64,000 nucleotides of DNA. It comes from a virus. Positions within the stretch are counted from its first letter, which is position 1, and the number at the start of each line of letters is the position of its first letter. Location of the stretch: IMG/VR virus record IMGVR_UViG_3300048088_000336, positions 1 through 64,000 of that record; one strand, 5' to 3'. The position numbers and the translations under genes are program-made. Of this stretch, positions 1-8,724 are shown one piece after another. The notes under the pieces are model-generated. The model saw only the letters and a program-made list of their open reading frames with translations, made no database searches and was not told the DNA's origin.

Positions 1-45
1 CTACTTCCGTGGCACATTGGCACCGATCTTGCCCCGGAGGTGTGC

Positions 46-1806
46 GTGGCCCGTCGTCGTCTTCTCCCGGCTCTACGCCAGGCGTTCACTAGCGCGTCGA
101 ACTCCGGGGACCTCGACACCCGCATCGTGTCCGGCCCGTCCGGGTATGTGGTGCCCGGTCAGCCCTACCCGGTGGACTGGTCCGTGGACCGGGCGGTGCG
201 TGAGGGCTACTCGTGGAACCCCTACATTTTCCGGTGCGTCGAGTTCGTCGCCGCCAACGAACGCGCCCGCCGCATGGTGCTCCGCGCTGATGACCCCGAC
301 ACCGGGCCCATCATCGAAGCCGACACACAATCCCGGGAGCAACGCCGGGTCCTGCGCGTCCTAAACCGTCGGGCGAATGAGTGGGAGATCGCCCAAGTGT
401 GGCGGCACCGATTGACCGCCCAGTTCATGCTGTCATCCCGTGGGGTGTTCGTTGAGGCTGTCCGTACCCGCTCCGGTGGTATCCACTCCGTTTACCTACT
501 GGACCCCGATCGGGTCCTGCCCGTCCCCGGTCGCCGAAAAAAAGACCCGAATGACCCGAATGAGCGCGGTGTCGTCGTACCCATCGAATCGTTTCGGGTG
601 GAGACCGCTGTAGCCAACGGCGCCCCCCACTGGGATTGGCGTCCCCCGTTCGACCCTGATGCCACCGCCGAAACCCAGCCATCGGGCATCGTGTGGTTGC
701 GTTCCCCGCACCCCACCATGTTCGAGCGGGGAATGAGCCCCGTGGAGGCGGCGGGACTGTCCGCTGACCTCGACAGATACGCCAGATTGTATAATCGGCG
801 TTTCATGATGGAAGACGGTCGCCCCGGTGGGGTCCTCGCCATCAAGGGCGACCTCGACCCTGCTTATGAGGAGATCCTCGCCAACCGGTTCCGGGGCGGA
901 CCGGATGTCGCGAACTCCCGCACCACCGTCATCCAAGCCGACGACATGGCTTGGACCGACACGTCAGGAACCCCGCGTGACACCCAGTGGGGTGACACGA
1001 TGGATCGGACGAAACGCGAGATCTGTGTCGCGTTCGGATTACCCGAATCGGTGGTGTCCGATTCGTCGGGGGAAACGTTCGACAACTCCGATGCTGATTA
1101 CGCGAAAGCGTGGGAGCATTGCATGTTGCCGCTTTTCCGGTTGCTTGACGGGCAATTGGATGTGATCTCCCCCGGTGGTTATGACGACGACACGTTCCTC
1201 AACCATGACGTGTCCGACGTGTGGGTGCTGGGGCGGCACAAACGCGCCGAGGAAGACCGCGCGGCCGCCGACCTGGACCGGGGCACCATCTCGATCGACG
1301 AGTACCGGGAGATTTGTGGCCGGGACCCGTGGAATGTGCCCGCGACCCGCGTCCTGTGGATCCCGGCCGCTCGGTTGGCTGTCGACGACGGGGAGGCCGC
1401 GCACGACGGGGACGCTCAGGCCGCGTCCACCGCACCGATCGGCAACGGCCAGTTGGGTGCGGCTGGAATGTCCGGGGGTGCTGGTGCGATGGGTGGTGCT
1501 GGGGTTCCCCCCGCGTTGCCGCCCGGGTTCGGGGTGGACCCCGATGCGGACCTCGACGGCGCCGGTCAGGGCACGGGCTCCGTTCCGATCCCCGGCGCAC
1601 CCGGCGTGCCAGTACCGGGGGCGGCCGTACCGGGACCCATGCCGCGCCCAGCGCGCCCCCCAGCGATCGGTGGTGGTGGCGGGTTCGGTCCGCCGAGCCA
1701 GCGTGCTGAAGCCCAGCAGGGCCGGATCGTGCCCGGTGGTGGTTTGACGCAGGTCAAGAGTGCGGAGGGTGAGCAGAGCGGGGGGCGACCTCCCGCTCGC
1801 CGCTGA
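46..1806 (+). CDS. Phage portal protein (HK97 family) with Pro/Gly-rich C-terminal extension
   Basis: NPYIFRCVEFVA, PGGVLAIKG, REICVAFGLP and GTISIDEYRE match portal motifs; GGAGG at 36-40 favours GTG 46 over 40. Confidence 0.9.
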   Translation: MARRRLLPALRQAFTSASNSGDLDTRIVSGPSGYVVPGQPYPVDWSVDRAVREGYSWNPYIFRCVEFVAANERARRMVLRADDPDTGPIIEADTQSREQRRVLRVLNRRANEWEIAQVWRHRLTAQFMLSSRGVFVEAVRTRSGGIHSVYLLDPDRVLPVPGRRKKDPNDPNERGVVVPIESFRVETAVANGAPHWDWRPPFDPDATAETQPSGIVWLRSPHPTMFERGMSPVEAAGLSADLDRYARLYNRRFMMEDGRPGGVLAIKGDLDPAYEEILANRFRGGPDVANSRTTVIQADDMAWTDTSGTPRDTQWGDTMDRTKREICVAFGLPESVVSDSSGETFDNSDADYAKAWEHCMLPLFRLLDGQLDVISPGGYDDDTFLNHDVSDVWVLGRHKRAEEDRAAADLDRGTISIDEYREICGRDPWNVPATRVLWIPAARLAVDDGEAAHDGDAQAASTAPIGNGQLGAAGMSGGAGAMGGAGVPPALPPGFGVDPDADLDGAGQGTGSVPIPGAPGVPVPGAAVPGPMPRPARPPAIGGGGGFGPPSQRAEAQQGRIVPGGGLTQVKSAEGEQSGGRPPARR

Positions 1807-3139
1807 CGAGCTTCCCGACCTGGATCCGGCGCAGCTCATGGTGTTCGAGGCACCCCCGGACCCGCCAGCGGGCCCGATCCGGGACGCACTCGCGGATGAC
1901 GGGTCGGCCCGGATCGACCGGGCGGTGGCCCTGATGGATGCGGCGATCAGCGGGTACAACGAACGCTTGGCCAGTGTCGTCGAGGCCCGGATGCGCAGCC
2001 CGAAGACCCGTAGGGGCACCCGCTTCTGGACCCAGGCATCACCCGATGGGGTGAAGTCCGTATTTTTCCGAGGGGTAACCGACTCTTCTGCACATATAAG
2101 CCCCGTAGGGGTCGAGCTAAAAACCCTCGACGCGTCCTACGTCCTCCCGGAGCGCACCGTCGACGAACTGGCTGACGTCGTCCGCCCCGTGTGCCTGCGC
2201 ATCGTCGCTGATGCCTCCGGCAGTGTCGCCAAGGCACTCAAACGCCCCAACACTGGTCTGGCGGCGTTCGACTGGTCCGACATTGCCGCCACTGTTGATG
2301 ACGCCGTGAAACGCATGCTGGAGGTCAACGAACGCCACGCCCGCGACATCAGGGGCGAGATCCTCCGCGCCGACTCCGACGCCGAGTCCCTGTCGGTGGC
2401 GATCGACCGGGTCACCGAAGCCACCCGGCGCGGTGGCCGATGGCTACTGCTGGCCGGGCGCACCCTGGCCACCGCGCTCGCCGGGGACGCCGCACTGGGT
2501 GCCGCCCGCGCTCTGGGGGTGACTCACACGCAGTGGTTGACCCGCCACGATGACCGGGTGCGGGAAACGCACCGGAAGGCTGATGGGCAGCAGCGGCCGG
2601 TGGGAACAAAGTTTCAAGTCGGCGCCTTTCGCCTGCGGTTCCCCGCCGACCCCGAAGTCCTCCCCGAGGGTGCGCGGGAGGTGTACGGATGCCGCTGCTC
2701 ACTACTGTTCGCCCCACCGTCCCCGCAGCGCGTCAAAGCGGTCGCGTTGGCCACCCGGGGCACCCCGACCGCCGCGAGGGGGCTACTCCGTGCCGCAGCA
2801 GGCGACGACAACCCAGCATTGGTGCTCGGAGCACCAGAACTGGGTGCAGGCATGTCCATTCCAGCAGTGCCAGTGCCCCACGATGTTGTTGGCTACCGGG
2901 CGCTCGGCGCGGCGATCCCGGTTGCGCCTGGTCAACAAATCTCGTGGCCGGGACCACTCGCGTTAGCTTTGGCGCCCCCGGTGGTGGCCGGTGCGGCCGT
3001 GCTGGCGGTGGTGATCCCAGCGGGCGCGATCGTGGGGGTTGCGGGTGGGGCGGCGGTACTAGCTGCGGGTGTGGTGCTGTCAGTAGCGTCGGTGAGCGCT
3101 GGTCAGGTGGTGGCTACACCGGTGGTTCCTGCCGCTTAG
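1760..3139 (+). CDS. Head morphogenesis protein (MuF/SPP1 gp7-like) with a degenerate ADP-ribosyltransferase-like C-terminus
   Basis: WLTRHDDRVRETH...FPADP...GCRC MuF signature directly after the portal; start uncertain. Confidence 0.85.
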   Translation: MRRVSRAGGDLPLAADELPDLDPAQLMVFEAPPDPPAGPIRDALADDGSARIDRAVALMDAAISGYNERLASVVEARMRSPKTRRGTRFWTQASPDGVKSVFFRGVTDSSAHISPVGVELKTLDASYVLPERTVDELADVVRPVCLRIVADASGSVAKALKRPNTGLAAFDWSDIAATVDDAVKRMLEVNERHARDIRGEILRADSDAESLSVAIDRVTEATRRGGRWLLLAGRTLATALAGDAALGAARALGVTHTQWLTRHDDRVRETHRKADGQQRPVGTKFQVGAFRLRFPADPEVLPEGAREVYGCRCSLLFAPPSPQRVKAVALATRGTPTAARGLLRAAAGDDNPALVLGAPELGAGMSIPAVPVPHDVVGYRALGAAIPVAPGQQISWPGPLALALAPPVVAGAAVLAVVIPAGAIVGVAGGAAVLAAGVVLSVASVSAGQVVATPVVPAA

Positions 3140-3608
3140 CCCTCAGACTGGCGCGGTGTTCCTGCGCCCGCTGTTCCGCGTCACGCTTCTGGGAGATCAG
3201 GCGGTTGTGGACATGGCTCATTCCGTAGAGGACGCGGGCGGCGATGGTTTCGACCGCCCCGTAGTCTCCGATGGAGCCGTCGAGTAGGTCGTTGATCGCG
3301 TAGGTGACGACGGTTGCCTGCACGATCGGTGCCCAGCGGGCGAGCAGGTCTAAGAACTCCGGCAGGGAGTCCACGCGCAGGATGGGCCAGACGTTGAAGT
3401 GGTCGTTGATGTCGATTAGGTAGGACTCGGTGCCGTCGGCGTGGCGTCTGCGCCAGGTTTTGAGCCACATGGGGCCGCTTACGCTGCCGATCTCGGTGTG
3501 CCCTTCCCAGCCTTGTGACTTGAGGTATTCATCCTGGTCGAGGTCGGTGTTGTCTGCCCAGTTCGCGCAGACGTCGTATGGCTCCCATTGGCCGTTGATC
3601 AGGCGCAT
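3114..3608 (-). CDS. Hypothetical protein
   Basis: Globular-looking 164 aa; SD GAGGGG and upstream TACACT/GTTCCG motif. Confidence 0.75.
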   Translation of the reverse strand: MRLINGQWEPYDVCANWADNTDLDQDEYLKSQGWEGHTEIGSVSGPMWLKTWRRRHADGTESYLIDINDHFNVWPILRVDSLPEFLDLLARWAPIVQATVVTYAINDLLDGSIGDYGAVETIAARVLYGMSHVHNRLISQKRDAEQRAQEHRASLRAKRQEPPV

Positions 3609-3711
3609 GGTCGGTCCCCTCGTGTGGTGTGGCCGGAACTGGTGGCGTCGAGTGTATGCCCGACTAGTCGTGTCGCCGGTGGTCGTGACCTGGGCCGGTT
3701 ACAGTGCGGCC

Positions 3712-3870
3712 ATGATCGGTCTCATCGTTGTCGCATTGGTGCTGTGGGTGATCCTGGGTGTGGTCGGTTTCGCCGTGCACGCCTTGATCTGGCTGGCTTA
3801 CGCGGCCATCGTGTTGTTCGTGGTCACTGCCATTTTCGGGGCGGTCACCCACGGCCGGTCCCGGCGGTAA
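3712..3870 (+). CDS. Small two-helix membrane protein, probably leaderless
   Basis: MIGLIVVALVLWVILGVVGFAVHALIWLAY...; TACAGT 6 nt before the ATG. Confidence 0.7.
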   Translation: MIGLIVVALVLWVILGVVGFAVHALIWLAYAAIVLFVVTAIFGAVTHGRSRR

Positions 3871-3952
3871 CGCAGCGAAACCCGGCCAGTGGTTCTGACC
3901 GGGCTCGCCTGCGAATGCAACCCCTTGAGGAAGGGACCTACAGGGGTGAAGA

Positions 3953-4264
3953 CTACTCCGTTGAGCTGATACCGGGCATGGTCGGCGGGTAGTCGTGGTG
4001 GGCGACGCTGGCGGCGACGGCCACGGCGAACGTGAGGGCCAGGGTGGTCGCGGCGAGCGCCAGGTAGCTCAGGATCAGTCCGGCGACGGCGAGCCCGTTT
4101 CCGCCTTCCCCGGTGGCGCGGATCTCTTTGCGGGCCAGGTGGCCGAGGACGATTCCGGCTGGCCAGAAAACGAACGCGAAGACCAGGGACAGGATCGCGA
4201 GGGTGTTGGTGCGAGGCGCCGGGGCCGGTAGCGGGGCCGGTGCGGTGGTGACGGGTGTGGTCAT
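3953..4264 (-). CDS. DUF4190-family membrane protein
   Basis: TNTLAILSLVFAF..PAGIVLGHLARKEI..GEGGNGLAVAGLILSY pattern. Confidence 0.85.
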   Translation of the reverse strand: MTTPVTTAPAPLPAPAPRTNTLAILSLVFAFVFWPAGIVLGHLARKEIRATGEGGNGLAVAGLILSYLALAATTLALTFAVAVAASVAHHDYPPTMPGISSTE

Positions 4265-4333
4265 TGGTGTGCCTTTCGGTCGGTCGGAACGGTTACGTCG
4301 ACTACATCGAACTGTTGGGCGTGCGCGTTACAG

Positions 4334-4375
4334 TTGTCTTCCTAGCGCGCACCCACTAGAGTTAGGGGTGTTCCG
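4334..4375 (+). promoter_or_regulatory. Sigma70-like promoter TTGTCT-N17-TAGAGT followed by N7-GTTCCG
   Basis: -35 at 4334-4339, -10 at 4357-4362, GTTCCG at 4370-4375, upstream of the DUF932 gene. Confidence 0.65.
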
Positions 4376-4397
4376 AGCCACCCGACAAGGGAGCCAC

Positions 4398-5348
4398 ATG
4401 ACCACAGCACTCGCCACCCGCCCCAGCGCCACCGCACTCCTCGGCGCCGACGTCCGACACACCACCAGCGCCGCCCAAGCACTCCAAGTCGCGGGCCTAT
4501 CCGGCCTCAACGTCGTCAAAGTCCCCGTCGTCACCGCCACCCACGGCGTCCTCGTCGAAAGCCGCTACGCCCTGGAAACCCACCAGCGCCCCCTGCCTGG
4601 GGTCACCGTCGGGGAAGACTTCGAGGTCGTCCAGTACGAGGAGAACGCCGACCTACTCGATGCGCTCGCCCGCCGCCTCGGCGCCAGCTTCGCCAACGCC
4701 GGGGCCCTCACCCTGTCCCGCGCGTTCGTCGCCCTAGAACTCCCCGAAGCCGTCATGGTCGGCCCCGACAAACTCATGATCACCGTCGCGGCGTTCATGG
4801 CCCACGGCAGCGCATCCAACTATCTCGTCCCCGGCGCCTGCCGCGTGATGTGCGCCAACCAACAAGACCAGATGCTCCGCGAAGGCCGCGACTACAAAAT
4901 CACCATCCGGCACACCGCCAGCGCGCACGAACGCACCGCCGCCGCCGAAGACACCCTCATGGCCACCGTCGCCAGCATGGATCACCTCGCCATCGAAGGC
5001 GAGATCATGCTCGACCAGCCCGTCACCGTCACCCAGTTCCGGGACATCGCCGACGCCCTCTACCCCCTGGGTGGGGACTCCAAATCAGCGCAAACCATCT
5101 ACGACCGGCGCATCGAAGTTCTCACCAGTATCTTCACCGGACCCACCAACACCAACATCGCCGGGACCGCGTGGGCCGCCTACCAAACCATCGCCGAGTA
5201 CGTGCAGTGGGCGATGAGTGTGCGCGGTGCCAGCGACACCGAACTCGACCACGCGCGGGCCCGCCGCGCGCTGACCTCCGGGACCGCGCACGCCACCCAG
5301 GTCAAAGCCTTCAACGTGATCCGTGACATGTTCGACCTGGCCCTCTAA
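4398..5348 (+). CDS. DUF932-family phage/plasmid protein
   Basis: SAAQALQVAGL, GEDFEVVQYEE, RVMCANQ, IRHTASA, GTAWAAYQTIAEY; SD AAGGGAG before ATG 4398. Confidence 0.8.
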   Translation: MTTALATRPSATALLGADVRHTTSAAQALQVAGLSGLNVVKVPVVTATHGVLVESRYALETHQRPLPGVTVGEDFEVVQYEENADLLDALARRLGASFANAGALTLSRAFVALELPEAVMVGPDKLMITVAAFMAHGSASNYLVPGACRVMCANQQDQMLREGRDYKITIRHTASAHERTAAAEDTLMATVASMDHLAIEGEIMLDQPVTVTQFRDIADALYPLGGDSKSAQTIYDRRIEVLTSIFTGPTNTNIAGTAWAAYQTIAEYVQWAMSVRGASDTELDHARARRALTSGTAHATQVKAFNVIRDMFDLAL

Positions 5349-5373
5349 CTCCACAGACTCCCAGGGCACGCTG

Positions 5374-5590
5374 CCGGTCGGCAGAGGGACCGCCGACCGG
5401 GGCCGCAAGCCCAATCGCCGGGTGGGAGCCGGTGTGAGACCTGGTGGGTACGGGACCCAGTGAGTACCAGGGGCAGCGCGCTTAGGTGCGGGGAAGGCAC
5501 CGACCGGCTGGGCGCGACCTTGATCAGTTGCCCCTGGTCACCAGGAAACGGGACGGTCCCCCTGCCTAGTGGCACTGGGCAGGGTGACCG
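5374..5590 (+). ncRNA. Candidate structured RNA in the 280-bp intergenic gap (strand uncertain)
   Basis: Nested stems 5374-82/5392-5400, 5440-46/5539-45, 5466-77/5527-38, 5477-85/5508-16 and 5554-70/5574-90. Confidence 0.35.
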
Positions 5591-5627
5591 CCCCCATCGT
5601 TCCGGCCACAATTTTCGAGGAGAGCCC

Positions 5628-5993
5628 ATGGCTAGGCGCAAGGCGGGGCACCGTCAGGTCACCCCCTTCTCCGACCTGCCCAACTGGTTGGCGATCAAAG
5701 TCACCGCCCAACGGCAAGGGTGGGCGGCGGGGCAACTCCGCTCCTGTGTCCACGATCCGAAACCTGGGCGCGCACCTGTGCACATGTGTGCATGGAAACC
5801 CGAACTGGTGACCTGCGCTGACTGCACGCACCTGTTCGTTGTCGTCGAATCCGGGGACCGCTGTGACTGCTGTGAGCGGGTCACCGCAGGCACCCCCGAG
5901 GATCACACCGAAGGGTTCCGCATGCGCGTCGCCGACGTCACGTACTGGGCTGTGGTGTGCCCGGTGTGCAAGAAGGACATGACCCGGGCCTAG
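5628..5993 (+). CDS. Cys-rich hypothetical protein, likely zinc-binding
   Basis: CADC, CDCC, CPVC; SD GAGGAG before ATG 5628. Confidence 0.75.
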   Translation: MARRKAGHRQVTPFSDLPNWLAIKVTAQRQGWAAGQLRSCVHDPKPGRAPVHMCAWKPELVTCADCTHLFVVVESGDRCDCCERVTAGTPEDHTEGFRMRVADVTYWAVVCPVCKKDMTRA

Positions 5994-6198
5994 AGCCGCG
6001 AAAGCCCCGCAGATGCGCTACGCGCACGGGGCGAGGCTTCCCGGGTTCCGGCCGCACCGAGGAGACGACACGGAGGTCTTACTGCCGCCATTGCTTACGA
6101 CAACCTCTACGCGTCAACCGATGTTGCGAGGCCGAGTGTAGCACTAGGGGTCCGACTGTTTCCAGATCGCGCGGCGTGCCCCCTGACCACCCCTGGCC

Positions 6199-6477
6199 GT
6201 GGCTGACACCATGCGTCGCGTGCAGCTCTGTATCGGTGACCGCGTCCACTATCGGTCACATGGCAGCCCGATCCTGATCGACGGCACCCAAATCCATGCC
6301 CCCAAGTGTCGTCCCGCTGACGTGATCGAACACCTGGGCGCCGAGGTGTGCATCCTGTTCGTCAAAAACCCGTCCGGGGTTTTCTTCGACGACTGCCGTC
6401 ATGACGAGACCCGTTGGCCTGATGCGCCCCCCGGTGAAGGCGGAACCTGGCACTACCCGTGTGACGTCAGCCCGTGA
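6199..6477 (+). CDS. Hypothetical phage protein
   Basis: IGDRVHYRSHGSP...CRPADV...GGTWHYP; GTGA overlap with the next gene. Confidence 0.75.
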   Translation: MADTMRRVQLCIGDRVHYRSHGSPILIDGTQIHAPKCRPADVIEHLGAEVCILFVKNPSGVFFDDCRHDETRWPDAPPGEGGTWHYPCDVSP

Positions 6478-6836
6478 CCGCCGAGTGCGCGCCCGGGTGC
6501 GGCGCCTGCTGCGAGACGGTGGTGATGGTCGTGCCCCCGGAGGACATGGAGGGACCGTCGGGGCCGTTCGCGCGGGAGCACTGGCACGTGTTCGAGAAGC
6601 TGGACAATCCCGAGTCGCCGACCGGGATCGAATACCACCTGCGGTGTGACCAGTTCGACCCGCATACTCGACGCTGTGGGGCGTACGCGGTGCGGCCACC
6701 GATCTGCGCGAACTACCCCCACTACGGGTCACCCATGAAGCCCGGCCACTCGAAGGCCGACGCGATCCCCCTGGTGTGCGCGTTCCAAGCTGATGTGCGC
6801 CGGGTTCTGCCCCTGGTGGCGATCAATGGCCGGTGA
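6474..6836 (+). CDS. YkgJ-family CxxCxxCC cysteine-cluster protein
   Basis: CAPGCGACC...C..FDPHTRRCGAYAVRPPICANYP. Confidence 0.85.
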   Translation: MTAECAPGCGACCETVVMVVPPEDMEGPSGPFAREHWHVFEKLDNPESPTGIEYHLRCDQFDPHTRRCGAYAVRPPICANYPHYGSPMKPGHSKADAIPLVCAFQADVRRVLPLVAINGR

Positions 6837-8724
6837 ACCCGAGGTGGTCGCTACTGAGGCGCCGTCACCGACGGATGACCCGGCCACCGGGCACACCGGG
6901 GGCATGCTGGCCCTGGTCCCCGACAATGTCGACGAACTCGCCGTCGAGGGTGGCCTGCCACCGGGGGAACTGCACCTGACGTTGATCTACCTGGGTGATG
7001 ATGTGACCACCTGGCCACCCGAGCAGACCGCGCACCTCAAAGCCCTGATCCAAGCCAGCGGACCGGGGTTGGATCCGGTATCGGCCCGCATCATGGGTCA
7101 CGCCCTGTTCAACCCCGATGGGGGTGCTGCCGGGGACAAGAATCCGTGCGTCGTCTACCTGGTGTCCGACACGCCCGACCTGGAACCCCTGCACAAATGG
7201 GCCACCTGGACGACGACGACGGGCGAGAATTACCCGACCCCGCCACCGCAGCACACCCCGTTCATTCCGCACATCACAGCGGGGGAGGACACCGGGGTCG
7301 ACGAGTTGTCCTACACCGGGCCGGTGCGGTTCTCGACACTGCGCCTGGCGTTGGGTGATGAGGTGACCGACGTCCCGTTGGGCGGCGGCGATCAGGAGGC
7401 TGACGTGCCCGGAGTTCAAGCGAAGTCGATCACGTTTACGCCCCCGAAAGCGGTCCGGGACGCCGCGTGGGACCTCGACGGGCCGGTCGCTGCTGATGTT
7501 GTCGAGGGCAAGGCCCTGGACGGTAATGGTTTGGCGTGGGTCGCGGCGCACTGTGGGCAGGCCGGTCGGGACTGGGCGCGGGACATGCTCGGTCGCGTCG
7601 AGGTCAAAGCCGACATGAACATGGGCCGGTACGCGGGCGGGGAGCACCCGAAGCTGGACAGTATCGAGGCCCTGCACAAGGCGGTGGAGGAGCACGGAAA
7701 CTGCCCCCCGGAGGACCGTCCGGCGCGGGTCCGCAAACTGCGGGCGCGGGCGAAGGAACTCGGTGCCAGCGCACACACCTACTCCCGGATCGACACCCTG
7801 GAGGGGGCGAGCACCGACGGGTCCGGGATCAAGGATGTCGACGACGGTGATGTGGAGTTCAAGTCGTGGGCGCCCGGCAACTCGGAACCTTCACCGATCC
7901 CGCACCTGGCCGCGTTGGGGCAGGCGATTACCGCGCATCCGAAGGTGCGGGACTCGCACAAGGCCAAGCACAAGAAGCATCTGGCTGCTGAGGCGCAGCG
8001 CCTGGGCGCGGGACCGGACGTGCACGCGAAGATCGGGTACCTGGAACCGCACTCGTTCTTCAATCAAACGAAATCCTTGGACGACTACGATGTCGAGTTC
8101 AAGGTCACGTCACCGGCGCCGGGGGCGTCGAGGTTGCGGGAGTACTGGGCGCGTAACCCGAAGGGCCGCGCGAAGTGGCGTCCCGGTAGTGGTGGGGATT
8201 TCAAGCGCCTGCGCCGTCATCTGGCGAAGTACGTGCACAATCCGAAGATCCTTAATGGGTTGACGGCGAACATTCACAAGATGGCCACCGGTGTGTGGCC
8301 TGGTAAAAACGCGCACACGATCCGGGAGAAGCCCGGTAAACCACTCACCTACGGAATCAAATCACTGGTCGCGTGGGAATCGGTGGAGCAGAAGACCGCC
8401 GCCACCGATGTGGACATGGCGGAGTTGTTCGCCGGGATCGAGGACTGGGGGCGCGAGTTCGTCACCGACGACGCGGAGGCCTACTTGGCCGCGCTGGCCG
8501 AAATCCAGGGCGACACCCCCGACGATGACATCGAAGCCCCCAGTGATGTGGAGCGCACCGCCGCGCTGGCCGCGCTCGGCGCGAAACTGGTTACCGACCC
8601 GGACCCGCAGGTTGAGGTGTCCGACAATGTCCAGGACACCGCACCGGACACCCCGGACATCGAACCGGGTGACCTGGCCAGCTTGTTCACTGATGCCCCC
8701 CCGGCTGTTGAGGCCCCAGCGTGA
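6826..8724 (+). CDS. Multi-domain head-associated protein: N-terminal 2H phosphoesterase (2'-5' RNA ligase/Acb1-like fold), small modules, acidic tail
   Basis: Two HxT motifs (LHLTL near 6973, PHITA near 7270); two similar helical modules; W..NPKGRAKWRPG..GDFKRL..HL..ATGVWPG module; GTGA overlap with the giant. Confidence 0.8.
   Translation: MAGEPEVVATEAPSPTDDPATGHTGGMLALVPDNVDELAVEGGLPPGELHLTLIYLGDDVTTWPPEQTAHLKALIQASGPGLDPVSARIMGHALFNPDGGAAGDKNPCVVYLVSDTPDLEPLHKWATWTTTTGENYPTPPPQHTPFIPHITAGEDTGVDELSYTGPVRFSTLRLALGDEVTDVPLGGGDQEADVPGVQAKSITFTPPKAVRDAAWDLDGPVAADVVEGKALDGNGLAWVAAHCGQAGRDWARDMLGRVEVKADMNMGRYAGGEHPKLDSIEALHKAVEEHGNCPPEDRPARVRKLRARAKELGASAHTYSRIDTLEGASTDGSGIKDVDDGDVEFKSWAPGNSEPSPIPHLAALGQAITAHPKVRDSHKAKHKKHLAAEAQRLGAGPDVHAKIGYLEPHSFFNQTKSLDDYDVEFKVTSPAPGASRLREYWARNPKGRAKWRPGSGGDFKRLRRHLAKYVHNPKILNGLTANIHKMATGVWPGKNAHTIREKPGKPLTYGIKSLVAWESVEQKTAATDVDMAELFAGIEDWGREFVTDDAEAYLAALAEIQGDTPDDDIEAPSDVERTAALAALGAKLVTDPDPQVEVSDNVQDTAPDTPDIEPGDLASLFTDAPPAVEAPA

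Noticed and set aside
4113-4397. Longer N-terminal extensions in the ORF track (also 5460, 27340, 48538, 56835, 61173)
   Set aside because: They overlap neighbouring genes; downstream starts with SD or stop-start coupling fit better.
6045-6090. GTTCCG followed by GAGGAG, as in the early-gene leaders
   Set aside because: No -10 box at the right spacing and no start codon after the SD-like word.
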